Source of the DNA: Christensenella sp. UBA7703 | GTDB lineage: Bacteria; Bacillota; Clostridia; Christensenellales; CAG-138 | DNA length: 64,000 nucleotides | Assembly: GCA_002482505.1 (NCBI GenBank) | Contig: DLGD01000028.1 | Coordinates: 3,682-67,681 of the forward strand | Direction: 5' to 3' | Part shown: positions 18,712 through 27,797 of the stretch, in pieces | Position numbering within the stretch: position 1 is the stretch's first letter | Layout: each line of letters opens with the position of its first letter | The notes under the pieces: model-generated | The model's input: only the letters and a program-made list of their open reading frames with translations | What the model was told of the DNA's origin: nothing | Database searches by the model: none | Made by a program: the position numbers and the translations under genes

Positions 18712-19230
18712 ATGAATGAAACGCTGAATAACCTGAAAACACGCCGGAGCATCCGCTCCTATCTACCCAAGCAGGTCGAAAAGGACTTGCTGGAGCAGGT
18801 GCTGGAAGCGGGGACGTTTGCCCCGACCGGCGGCGGGAAGCAGGTGCCTCTCATCGTCGCTGTGCAGGACCCGGCCACGGTCAGGCAGCTTTCACGCATG
18901 AACGCGCAGGTGATTGGCAACGACAGCGACCCGTATTATGGCGCGCCGACGGTGCTCGTCATTCTCGCGGAGCGCTCGCGCAGAACCTATCTGCTCGATG
19001 GCGCGGCGGTGATGACCACGCTGGTCAACGCGGCACACGCGGTTGGGCTTGGCTCCTGCTGGATTCACCGCGCAAAAGAGATGTTTGAAAGCGAAGAGGG
19101 CAAAGCGCTTCTGCAAAAATGGGGCGTCGAAGGGGATTATGAAGGCATCGGGCAGGTGATTCTGGGCTACCCGGCCGGCCCCGCGCCGGAACCCGCCCCG
19201 CGCAAGGAGAACTATGTGATCCGCGTTTGA
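18712..19230 (+). CDS. Nitroreductase-family protein
   Basis: LKTRRSIRSY N-terminal signature. 172 aa. Confidence 0.8.
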   Translation: MNETLNNLKTRRSIRSYLPKQVEKDLLEQVLEAGTFAPTGGGKQVPLIVAVQDPATVRQLSRMNAQVIGNDSDPYYGAPTVLVILAERSRRTYLLDGAAVMTTLVNAAHAVGLGSCWIHRAKEMFESEEGKALLQKWGVEGDYEGIGQVILGYPAGPAPEPAPRKENYVIRV

Positions 19231-19251
19231 ACGCGGAACGAACGAAAGAGC

Positions 19252-19794
19252 ATGCGCATTGAAAAACTGCTGAACAAATACGCAAAAGCACATGCGATTG
19301 TGAACACGGGGGAGATTCGCTTCGACCCCGCGTTTCACGCGCTCTGTGAACAAAACGCCTGCGGGTTTTACGGCGCATGCTGGATGTGCCCGCCGGATGT
19401 TGGCGGTGTTTTGGAGTGGATGGCGAGAGCGCGGGCGTATGAGCGCACAATCGTATTTCAAAGCGTCCATACGATTGCGGATTCGTTTGATATCGAGGGC
19501 ATGCAGCACGCGGCGCGCAGGCACAATCACCTGATTGTTCGTCTCAGCCGTGCGGCGGAGAAAGAGGGCATCGATTGCCTTTTCCTCGGCGCGGGGGCTT
19601 GCGGCGGTTGCAAAACCTGCGCGAAAAAGAAAGGCGAGCCCTGCCGCCATCCAGATCGCGCGGTGGTTCCGCTGGAGGCGGCGGGTGTGGATGTTGTCCA
19701 GCTTGCGAAGCTCGCCGGCCTGCCCTATCTAAACGGCAAAAACACGGTAACGTATTTCGGCGCAATGCTGTTTCGCGGTACACTCGAAGCATAA
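19252..19794 (+). CDS. DUF2284-type predicted metal-binding protein
   Basis: Cys-rich: CEQNACGFYGACWMCPP and GAGACGGCKTCA...PCRHP. 180 aa. Confidence 0.6.
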   Translation: MRIEKLLNKYAKAHAIVNTGEIRFDPAFHALCEQNACGFYGACWMCPPDVGGVLEWMARARAYERTIVFQSVHTIADSFDIEGMQHAARRHNHLIVRLSRAAEKEGIDCLFLGAGACGGCKTCAKKKGEPCRHPDRAVVPLEAAGVDVVQLAKLAGLPYLNGKNTVTYFGAMLFRGTLEA

Positions 19795-19850
19795 AAAACC
19801 GCGAGAAAAAATTCAGTCATCAACGCAACCCAAATACAAAGGAGAAGCGC

Positions 19851-21038
19851 ATGAAAATTCTCGTCTGCAATGTTGGCAGCACCTCATTGAAATATCGGCT
19901 GTTTGATCTCTCCTCCGGTGAAGAAACCCTCTCCGAAGGAAAGATGGAGCGCGTCGGCACACAGGCGGGCACCTGGATGCACAAGGACGCGGGCATGAAG
20001 GAGACCAAGCAGACGCTGCCGATTCCCGATTACGCGACGGGGATTCGCCTCATGCAGGAGGCGCTTCTTGCTTCCGCGCTGGAGAGCATGGAGGCGCTGG
20101 ACTGCGTGGCGTTCAAGGTTGTGCATGCAAAAGGAGTGACGGGGGTGCAACTGCTCGACGAGGCTGTGCTTTCGGCGATGGCTGCGTTCAATACCGTAGC
20201 TCCAAGCCACAATCCGCCGTATATCGCCGCAATCCGGCAGTTTCAGCAGGCGTTGCCGCATACGCCGATGATCGGCTCGTTTGAAACCGGTTTTCACGCG
20301 ACGATGCCACCCAAGGCATACCTCTATTCGGTGCCGATCGCGCTTCATAAAGAGCATGCCATCCGCCGATATGGCTTCCACGGCGCGTCGCACGAGTACG
20401 TTGCCACGCGCACGGCGGAGTTGATGGGACGCAGCGACTTTAAATTGATCTCGTGCCATCTGGGCGGCAGCGGCTCGCTCTGCGCCATCGTCAACGGAAA
20501 ATCGCTCGATACCAACCTTGGCTTCTCGTTGCAATGCGGCATCATGCACAACAACCGCTGCGGTGACATCGACCCGTATATTCCGATCTATCTGATGAAG
20601 GACTTTGGCTATACGCTGGCGCAGATTGAAACCATGCTCAACAAAGAAAGCGGCCTGCTTGGCATGAGCGGCGTTTCCAACGACCTGCGGGACGTAGAGG
20701 CGGCGGCAGAGACGGGCAACGAGGACGCGAAGAACGCCGTGGACAGCTACTGTTACCAAATTCAAAAGCAAATCGGCAGCTACGCCGCTGCAATGGGCGG
20801 CGTGGATGCGATTTCATTTGCGGGGGGCATCGGCGAAAACAGTGCGCTTGTGCGCAGAATGGCGCTCGAAGGGCTCTCCTTTATGGGCGTTTCCATTGAT
20901 CTTGCGAAAAACGAGACGGCAAAGCCGGACTGCGAGCTCACGGGGGAGGAGAGTCGCGCGCGGGTTTTCGTCATCGCCACCAACGAAGAAATCGTGGTTG
21001 CGCGAAAAGCAAAGGCGTATCTGCTCGGGCGCAGATAG
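19851..21038 (+). CDS. ackA: Acetate kinase
   Basis: MKILVCNVGSTSLKYRLFD, YGFHGASHEYV. 395 aa. ATG 19851 preceded by AAAGGAGAAG. Confidence 0.85.
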   Translation: MKILVCNVGSTSLKYRLFDLSSGEETLSEGKMERVGTQAGTWMHKDAGMKETKQTLPIPDYATGIRLMQEALLASALESMEALDCVAFKVVHAKGVTGVQLLDEAVLSAMAAFNTVAPSHNPPYIAAIRQFQQALPHTPMIGSFETGFHATMPPKAYLYSVPIALHKEHAIRRYGFHGASHEYVATRTAELMGRSDFKLISCHLGGSGSLCAIVNGKSLDTNLGFSLQCGIMHNNRCGDIDPYIPIYLMKDFGYTLAQIETMLNKESGLLGMSGVSNDLRDVEAAAETGNEDAKNAVDSYCYQIQKQIGSYAAAMGGVDAISFAGGIGENSALVRRMALEGLSFMGVSIDLAKNETAKPDCELTGEESRARVFVIATNEEIVVARKAKAYLLGRR

Positions 21039-21055
21039 TGGAGCAGAACATACAA

Positions 21056-21282
21056 TACGCATAGCATGCGTTCAGTCCGTCAAAAAACGGGTTTTTTGAC
21101 GGGATCATCGCGTTTTGCCTGCTGCCCCTTGGGCATCGGACGGCAAAGCGTGCAGAGAATTCGCCCCTGCGGGGCGATCCGTTGCGCTGGCACAGCCAGC
21201 GCAGCCGGATTTTATGGGTTAAGGGTTACGACCCTTAACAATCCCAGAGTTTTTTTGACACTCTGTACGCATAACATGCGTT
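21056..21282. repeat. 193-bp hairpin-rich insertion flanked by a duplicated 17-bp stem-loop (MITE-like, copy 2)
   Basis: TACGCATAGCATGCGTT (21056-21072) and TACGCATAACATGCGTT (21266-21282). The insert 21073-21265 starts CAGTCC and ends CACTCTG, with inverted GTCAAAAAAC / GTTTTTTTGAC and four internal GC-rich hairpins. Confidence 0.5.
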
Positions 21283-21444
21283 GTATGAAATACTCTTCAC
21301 AGTTAATTCACGATCTTGCTAAAACAACGAAAACGCGCGATTCGGCTGGTTTTTCTGTGAAAATTGTGCAAAATATGATTGCATAGTGGCTTTGTGCCAT
21401 GCATCTTGATTGCAAAGCGAAACCGTTTGGTTTATACTGCGCTT

Positions 21445-22287
21445 ATGAAACGGAAAAAACGCAGAGCGAGAACAAAAGCGGAGATCATCACGGCGGTGCT
21501 CTACGGCATCTTCGGGTTGCTTGTGGCCGGCGTGCTCTATGGCGCGGGCCGCGGGGCGTATGCGCTGATGGGCGAGACGGTTGGCAACCACTACTATGCG
21601 ACGCTGGCAGAAAAAGCCGCCCCGTCGGATACGGTGGATTTTGCCCAGCTTGCGAAGATCAACCCGGAAGTGCGCGGTTGGGTTCGGCTTTCGGATACGG
21701 CGGTCAACCTTCCGATTGTGAAAACCACGGATAACAGCTATTATCTCGACCATCGCTTCGACGAGGTGAAAAACAAACTCGGCACGCCGTTTATCGACGC
21801 GGGCAATGTTGGCGATTTTTCCGATCGGCACACGATTATCTATGGTCACGCGCTCAGCAGCGGGTCGATGTTCGGCTCCCTCTGGGAGTATGAAAACCCG
21901 AACTATTTCATGCGACATCCGGAGATTCAGCTCTTTTTGCCGGACGGCACGCAAAAGACGCTTTCGATCTTTGCCTGCTCCCGCGTGGACGGCACACGGG
22001 GCGCCATGCCGATTTCGTTTTCCACCGAGCAGGACTTTCTCTCGTTTATTGAAGAACTCCGCGCGGTCTCCGCGTTTACAAGCAATGTGAAGGTCACCTC
22101 TTCCGATCGGATCGTCACCTTCTGCGTCGTGCTGCCGGATGGCGGCGAGGGCAGGTTGCTGCTGAGTTGCAAACTCACGGAGAGCAGCGGCGTGACGATT
22201 GGCGATACGGCGGTACAGCCGCCGGCGCAAACGACGCAGGCTCCGCCTGAGGCGACGCAATCACCGGAAGAGACGCCGCAGGGATAA
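21445..22287 (+). CDS. srtB: Class B sortase with Pro/Thr/Gln-rich C-terminal tail
   Basis: N-terminal TM anchor, NLPIVKTTDNSYYLDH, IIYGHAL (His) and VTFC (Cys) motifs. Start ATG 21445. Confidence 0.75.
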   Translation: MKRKKRRARTKAEIITAVLYGIFGLLVAGVLYGAGRGAYALMGETVGNHYYATLAEKAAPSDTVDFAQLAKINPEVRGWVRLSDTAVNLPIVKTTDNSYYLDHRFDEVKNKLGTPFIDAGNVGDFSDRHTIIYGHALSSGSMFGSLWEYENPNYFMRHPEIQLFLPDGTQKTLSIFACSRVDGTRGAMPISFSTEQDFLSFIEELRAVSAFTSNVKVTSSDRIVTFCVVLPDGGEGRLLLSCKLTESSGVTIGDTAVQPPAQTTQAPPEATQSPEETPQG

Positions 22288-22304
22288 CCCAACCATGTTT
22301 AACC

Positions 22305-22330
22305 AAGGCCGCCTGATGGGCGGCTTTTGC
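22305..22330 (+). terminator. Intrinsic terminator after srtB
   Basis: aaggccgcc-tgatg-ggcggcttt followed by TTG. Confidence 0.65.
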
Positions 22331-22648
22331 TCTCTGAAAGCGCTTCGCGATTGAGTGAATCTGCATGAGGAACCGGCTTCTGTTCTTTTTTTAAAAAATG
22401 TGGTATCCTATACGCAATTCTGAACACGATAGTAGCAGGATTCGGCTCCATTATGGAGTTATGAGAAGTAAACCAAACATGCAACCAAACGCAAGGCAAC
22501 GTAGTGTTCTGTGTGAAAGCACTGTGGCCGGAGATGCGCAACCGCGCGTTGCAAGACAAAGCCCGCTGCGCTGTTTTCGGGAGGGTTGCCGCAACGAAGC
22601 GGCAGAAGAACAACACGGACGAATGAAACGGAAAAGGGGAGATCGATC

Positions 22649-23638
22649 ATGAAAACAAAACGCACCCTGATTGCACTCATTCTTTGCGTGGCGCTGCTGT
22701 TTTCCTTCGGCTGCGCAGCAAGAAGCGCGACACAAGAGAGCACTGCGGACTATGCAAAACCCGCCAGTGGAACGTATGACATGGCAGCTCCGCAGGCGGA
22801 GGAAGCCGGTTATTCCTCCAATGAGGCAGCTGCGTCCGAACCGCAAACCGGCGAACCGACCGGTGACTTTGACGTGCGAAAGATCGTCTACACCGCGGAC
22901 ATGACTGTGACCGCGGACGACCCGGCGGCGGCGCTCAAAGCATTGCTGGAAAAGGCACAATCGCTTGGCGGATATGTTTCCGGCTCGTATTCCACAACGG
23001 ATGATCTGGGAACCAACTACGCGTATACCACGCTGAAAGTGCCCGCCGACCAACTTGAGGCGCTCGTCACCGCTGCAAACGCGCTCGGCAAGGTGAACGA
23101 CTATCGCCTGAGCTCCGACGACATCTCGCTTTCGTATTACGACATGCAGGCCCGGCTTGACAACGCAAAGGCGGAGGAAGAGCAGCTTTTGCAGATTCTC
23201 GCCAAATGTGAAACGGTGGAGGAGATCCTCGCCGTTCGCCAGAGCCTGACCAGCGTGCGCGCGGACATTGAGAGTTATACCGCGCAGATGAACCTTTGGG
23301 ACAATCTGGTCTCGTATGCGACGCTCAATGTGACCATCAACCGCACGCCGAAGACGGCTGTGGAGGGTGAAAACGAACTGATTCAAATCTGGAAAGCTTC
23401 GGACGTTTGGAACAAGATGGCCAGAGGCTTCCAAAACAGCGCGCGCTTTGTGGTGAACGCCATTGGCGCCATCGGTATTTTCCTTGCCTTTGCGATCATC
23501 CCGGTTGGCGTGCTGTTCCTGCTGATCGGATTGCCGATCATTCTGCACAAGAAGAACAAGCATAAAAAAGCGGCTGCGCTTCGCGCGCAACAGACGGAGT
23601 CTCCCGAAGTGGACGACACCGTGAAGAAGAACGAATAA
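22649..23638 (+). CDS. DUF4349-like lipoprotein with C-terminal membrane anchor
   Basis: Lipobox LFSFGC after the signal peptide, a central coiled-coil segment and C-terminal hydrophobic helices followed by a Lys-rich tail. RBS AAAGGGGAG. Confidence 0.6.
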   Translation: MKTKRTLIALILCVALLFSFGCAARSATQESTADYAKPASGTYDMAAPQAEEAGYSSNEAAASEPQTGEPTGDFDVRKIVYTADMTVTADDPAAALKALLEKAQSLGGYVSGSYSTTDDLGTNYAYTTLKVPADQLEALVTAANALGKVNDYRLSSDDISLSYYDMQARLDNAKAEEEQLLQILAKCETVEEILAVRQSLTSVRADIESYTAQMNLWDNLVSYATLNVTINRTPKTAVEGENELIQIWKASDVWNKMARGFQNSARFVVNAIGAIGIFLAFAIIPVGVLFLLIGLPIILHKKNKHKKAAALRAQQTESPEVDDTVKKNE

Positions 23639-23663
23639 AATTTGTTTCAGGGGGATGGAATAG

Positions 23664-24779
23664 GTGGTAACAATCAAAGAAGCCGTGACCAAGAAGGACT
23701 TGGTCAAGTTCATGGAGTTCCCGCTCGAGCTCTATAAGGGGAATCCTTATTACGTGCCGGATGTACTGGCGAGCCAGGTTGCCGACATGCAGAAGGAGAA
23801 AAACCCGGCCTTCGCGTTCTGCCAGGCCAAGGCGTTTCTTGCTTATCGCGACGGGAAGATTGTGGGCCGCATCTCGGGCATTCTCAACGAACGCGCCAAT
23901 GCGTCGTTTGACAGGAAGTATATGAATTTCACGCAGGTGGATTTCATCGACGACGACGAGGTGGTGGATGCGCTCTTTGATGCCGTGGAAGGCTGGGCTA
24001 GAGAGCTCGGCTGCGCGGCGATGCACGGTCCGCTGGGATTCTCCGATATGGATCGCGAGGGTATGCTGGTTGAAGGGTTCGATCAGAAAAGCCTGTTTTA
24101 CACCTATTACAATCACCCGTATTATCTGACCCAGCTCACGCGGCGCGGCTACGGCAAGCAGGTGGACTGGATGGAGATGCGGCTGACGATTCCGACCGAA
24201 CCGATCGAGTCGCTCACCCGCGTTTCGGACTATGTGAAAAAACGCAAAAAGCTGCACGTGGTCAATCTGGGCGACAAACCCATCAAGGAACTCATCCACG
24301 ACATGTTTCTGCTCTATAACAGGGCATATGTGCTCTTTGGCATGATTCCGCTCACGGAAGCGCAGATTGCCAAATACGTCAGCGAGTTCCGGCCGATGGT
24401 AGCCCGGCGCACAACGTCTTTCGTCTATACCGAGGAAGGCGAGATGGTCGCGTTCGGCATCTGCTGTCCCGCGCTGGACGGCGCCATGCAAAAGATGAAG
24501 GGCAAGACGATGCCGTTTGGCTGGGTGCGCCTGCTCAAGGCACTTAAAGGCAAAAACGACACGGTAGACCTGCTGCTCATCGCCGTTCGCCCGGATCTGC
24601 AAGGGCAGGGTGTGAATGCCATCATTCTTGACGACATGCAGCACAAGCTCATCAAAGCCGGCGTGCGGTATGCCGAGACCGGCCCGATGCTGGAGATCAA
24701 CGACAATATCCTCGCGCAGTGGGAGCGGTTTCAGGGCGTGCAACACAAGCGCCGCCGCTGCTTCGTTAAAACACTGTAA
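23664..24779 (+). CDS. GNAT-fold N-acetyltransferase-like protein (~370-aa family)
   Basis: GTG start. The C-terminal block LLLIAVRPDLQGQGVNAIIL is a GNAT acetyl-CoA (Q/RxxGxG/A) motif. Confidence 0.55.
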   Translation: MVTIKEAVTKKDLVKFMEFPLELYKGNPYYVPDVLASQVADMQKEKNPAFAFCQAKAFLAYRDGKIVGRISGILNERANASFDRKYMNFTQVDFIDDDEVVDALFDAVEGWARELGCAAMHGPLGFSDMDREGMLVEGFDQKSLFYTYYNHPYYLTQLTRRGYGKQVDWMEMRLTIPTEPIESLTRVSDYVKKRKKLHVVNLGDKPIKELIHDMFLLYNRAYVLFGMIPLTEAQIAKYVSEFRPMVARRTTSFVYTEEGEMVAFGICCPALDGAMQKMKGKTMPFGWVRLLKALKGKNDTVDLLLIAVRPDLQGQGVNAIILDDMQHKLIKAGVRYAETGPMLEINDNILAQWERFQGVQHKRRRCFVKTL

Positions 24780-24792
24780 CGCAACACCAAAC

Positions 24793-24826
24793 AGGCTGTC
24801 TTCTACGGGAGGCAGCCTTCTTTTTC
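24793..24826 (+). terminator. Intrinsic terminator after the GNAT gene
   Basis: aggctg...cagcct stem followed by TCTTTTTC. Confidence 0.55.
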
Positions 24827-24947
24827 GGACACAGGAACCCCGATGTTGCATTTTGATACAAAAGAAAGGCGCTATGTGACAAACGAACAGTCATCAATCA
24901 GGGCCTGTGCTAAAATTCAAGTATATTCAACAGGGAGGGACTAAAAA

Positions 24948-25130
24948 ATGAAACTGAGTGCACCGAAATTTCTCGTATGGCTGCTTGCGCTGATTCTCGC
25001 CGCGCTGGCGATCGTGAGCAAATATGTTGCAATCCCGGTTGTTGGCGACTTTGTCAAGCAGTATGACTTCTGGGTGATGACCGCAGCCTACGGCCTGCTT
25101 CTGCTCGGAACGCTGTTCAAAGGGCTGTAA
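24948..25130 (+). CDS. Small two-helix membrane protein
   Basis: 60 aa with two hydrophobic segments. Strong RBS AGGGAGGG 8 nt upstream and a terminator directly downstream. Confidence 0.55.
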   Translation: MKLSAPKFLVWLLALILAALAIVSKYVAIPVVGDFVKQYDFWVMTAAYGLLLLGTLFKGL

Positions 25131-25150
25131 GCCAACTCAAGTAAGCAAAC

Positions 25151-25181
25151 AAAAAATGCCTGCTGCAAAGCGGGCATTTTT
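25151..25181. terminator. Bidirectional intrinsic terminator
   Basis: aaaaaatgcctgc-tgcaaa-gcgggcattttt, A-run and T-run flanking, between convergent genes. Confidence 0.75.
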
Positions 25182-25201
25182 AGTTCCAATCGGTTGTTGC
25201 G

Positions 25202-26413
25202 TTATTTTGAATCGCTCAGACGCTTTACAAAATAGCTCCGAATCTGCTCCAGTGCTTCCTTTGCGCCGGAAACGGAGGGAGCGGTGCCCTGCGCAAGCGT
25301 ACCTCTGCCGCCGCCTTTGCCGCCGAGTGCCGCGTTCACCGCCGGCATGAGTTCGGAGACATCCAGCGGAAACCCTGTCCCGCTGGAGAGCACGTAGAGA
25401 AGCCGGCCTTCACTTTCGCTGAGCAGCAGCGCGAGCGTCTTCTCCGCGGAGCAGGCTTGCGCGAGATCCTTGAGTCGCGCGGCATCGATACCGGAGGTAA
25501 GCTGCGCCACCACGTGATATTTTCCCGCAACGGAAGCCCCTTGGATGAACTCCGTCGCCATGTAGCCGTTGAGCGATTTGGCAAGCTCGCGCTCGCTTTT
25601 TTTCAGCGCGCCATAGTCGTCGGAAAGCTTTTTGACCGCACCGACAACCGCCTCCCGTTGGCAGGAGAAGCGACGCGCCAGCGCATCCAGGTCGTCGTGC
25701 TGCGCACGATGGAGCCGCAGCGCACGCTCCCCGCAGAAAAACGTGATGCGCGTGCCGCCCTTATAGCTGCTTGCATCCACAACAAATATGGAGCCGATCT
25801 CGCCTGTCGTGTAGCAATGCGGCGCGCAGCAGGTGCACATATCTGCGCCCTCCACCTGCACGATGCGAATCGGCGGGGTCAGCCCCTCCGCGTGCTTGCG
25901 CAGCGGCAGCGCGGCAATCTCTTCCTCGGTCTCATAAAACGTTGCCTGAACGGGCAGGTTCTTCCAAACAAAGCGGTTTGCAAGCAACTCCGCCTCCTGA
26001 ATCTGTTCACGTGAGACGGGCTTGTCAAAGTCGATGGTCGCATAGTCCAGTGCAAGGTGGAAGCCGACGTTGCACGCCGCAAACAGCTCGTAGAATGAAA
26101 ACGACAGCAGGTGTTCGCCCGTGTGCTGCTGCATCAGGTCAAAACGGCGCACCCAGTCGACCTTGCCGGGAATAGTCTTGCCAACCGCAAGCGCGTGATC
26201 CACACGATGATAGATTTCGCCTGCTTCTTCGCGGACGTGCAGCACAGTTGCTTCGCCCAGCGTGCCGGTGTCGGATGGCTGCCCGCCGCCTTCCGGGAAA
26301 AACACGGTTTGATCGAGCACAATATCAAACCCTTCTCCGGCGGGAACGCAGGAAAGGACGGTGGAGTTGCTTTCGCTCTGGTGGCTGTCCAGATCATACA
26401 ATCGCTTTGTCAT
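25202..26413 (-). CDS. AlaX-L-type alanyl-tRNA editing protein (AlaRS editing domain plus DHHA1-like C-terminus)
   Basis: Zinc motifs HTGEHLLS and CCAPHC of the Thr/Ala-tRNA synthetase second additional domain. 403 aa. Confidence 0.8.
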   Translation of the reverse strand: MTKRLYDLDSHQSESNSTVLSCVPAGEGFDIVLDQTVFFPEGGGQPSDTGTLGEATVLHVREEAGEIYHRVDHALAVGKTIPGKVDWVRRFDLMQQHTGEHLLSFSFYELFAACNVGFHLALDYATIDFDKPVSREQIQEAELLANRFVWKNLPVQATFYETEEEIAALPLRKHAEGLTPPIRIVQVEGADMCTCCAPHCYTTGEIGSIFVVDASSYKGGTRITFFCGERALRLHRAQHDDLDALARRFSCQREAVVGAVKKLSDDYGALKKSERELAKSLNGYMATEFIQGASVAGKYHVVAQLTSGIDAARLKDLAQACSAEKTLALLLSESEGRLLYVLSSGTGFPLDVSELMPAVNAALGGKGGGRGTLAQGTAPSVSGAKEALEQIRSYFVKRLSDSK

Positions 26414-26444
26414 ACGATACCTCAGTGAAAATTTCTCTTTGGAT

Positions 26445-27383
26445 TCAGATCAATCCAAACTGCTTGAGTACAAAGATAAACAGAAACATCGATAAGATCG
26501 AAAACACGCTTGTGACGGCAACCAGCGTCCCCGCAAGCTCGTCATCCGCCTGCATGCCAACCGCCATGGTATATGTCACCATCGCGACGGGCGCGCCGAA
26601 GATGATCAGCGTTACCACAATGCTCTCCCCGCGAAAACCGAGAAGCAGGAACGCGGCAACGGTGACAAGCGGGATAAGGAAAAGCCGAAGCAGCGTGATT
26701 ACTGAAATCGCGGCGCGGTTCTTTTTCACAGCCGCAAAGGAGATTGTGCCGCCGAGCAGCACGAACGCCAGCGGAGTGGTGACGGCGGCTAACGAGTCGA
26801 TTGGTTTTTGCAGCACGCCCGGCAGGTTGATGTTGAGCAGATTGACCAAAAATCCGGCATAGCAAGCAATCAGGATCGGGTTCTTGATCACCCGAAGAAG
26901 CACGACGCCAAAGCGCACGCGTTCATTGCGATAGCGTTCCATCGCGACCACGGCAAGAATGCCGAAGAGCGGAACGGAGAGCGAAACCGCGATCGACATC
27001 ATGTCAAGGTTGTTTTCGCCCAACAGTGCCGCGGCAACCGCGAGACCAAAGATTGCGTCATTTGAACGAAACACGCCGAGAATCAGCACACCACGGCGAT
27101 TGTTATCCTTGCAAAACACGGGGACAAGCCAGGCGGCAAGCGCGTAGGTCACGAGGATGCCGATTGCCATATACAGCAAGAAAGGCGTATCGAACATTGC
27201 GTTGATGTCCGCAACCGCGATTGCGCGATAACACATCAGCGGGAGGGTGACGTAATAGATGATGTTGTTTGCGTCGCGCATCAAGCGCTCGGAGACAACG
27301 TTGCTCTTGCGCAGCAGCACGCCGATGAGCATATAGATCATCAGTGGCGCGACCACGTTGAAGGAGAGAGTCAGGTTTTCCAT
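26445..27383 (-). CDS. AEC-family (auxin efflux carrier-type) transporter
   Basis: 312 aa, about 10 hydrophobic helices. N-terminal FNVVAPLMIYMLIGVLLRK is typical of the family. Confidence 0.7.
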   Translation of the reverse strand: MENLTLSFNVVAPLMIYMLIGVLLRKSNVVSERLMRDANNIIYYVTLPLMCYRAIAVADINAMFDTPFLLYMAIGILVTYALAAWLVPVFCKDNNRRGVLILGVFRSNDAIFGLAVAAALLGENNLDMMSIAVSLSVPLFGILAVVAMERYRNERVRFGVVLLRVIKNPILIACYAGFLVNLLNINLPGVLQKPIDSLAAVTTPLAFVLLGGTISFAAVKKNRAAISVITLLRLFLIPLVTVAAFLLLGFRGESIVVTLIIFGAPVAMVTYTMAVGMQADDELAGTLVAVTSVFSILSMFLFIFVLKQFGLI

Positions 27384-27797
27384 GGTTAACCCCGGTTTTC
27401 AGACGTTTTTTGTGCCATGCGGCGCGATAATGCATGCATTATACCATACCAAGGCGGGAACGCGGCACGCGGGGACAAGAAAACGGGATTGTTTTTGACG
27501 CGGGCGTTCAACCGCGGACGGAACCGTGAAGGAAAACAGATCGGCACATCTGCGTGCGGAAGCTTTCCGCGAGGATTCGTTAACGGCATGTAAAATACGC
27601 TCCGAGTAAACCCAATCGCCGAACTATGTGTTCCTTTTGACGTAAAATGATGGTATGATGACAGAAAGAGAGAGCATAGGAGCGCAGGGCAAACGCGCGC
27701 ACATACGATAGAACGAAAAAGATGGACAAGCGCGACGACTGGAAGAAACCGAACAAAACACGTTGATTTCGCAACGATATACCCGGGGGTTGCATTG

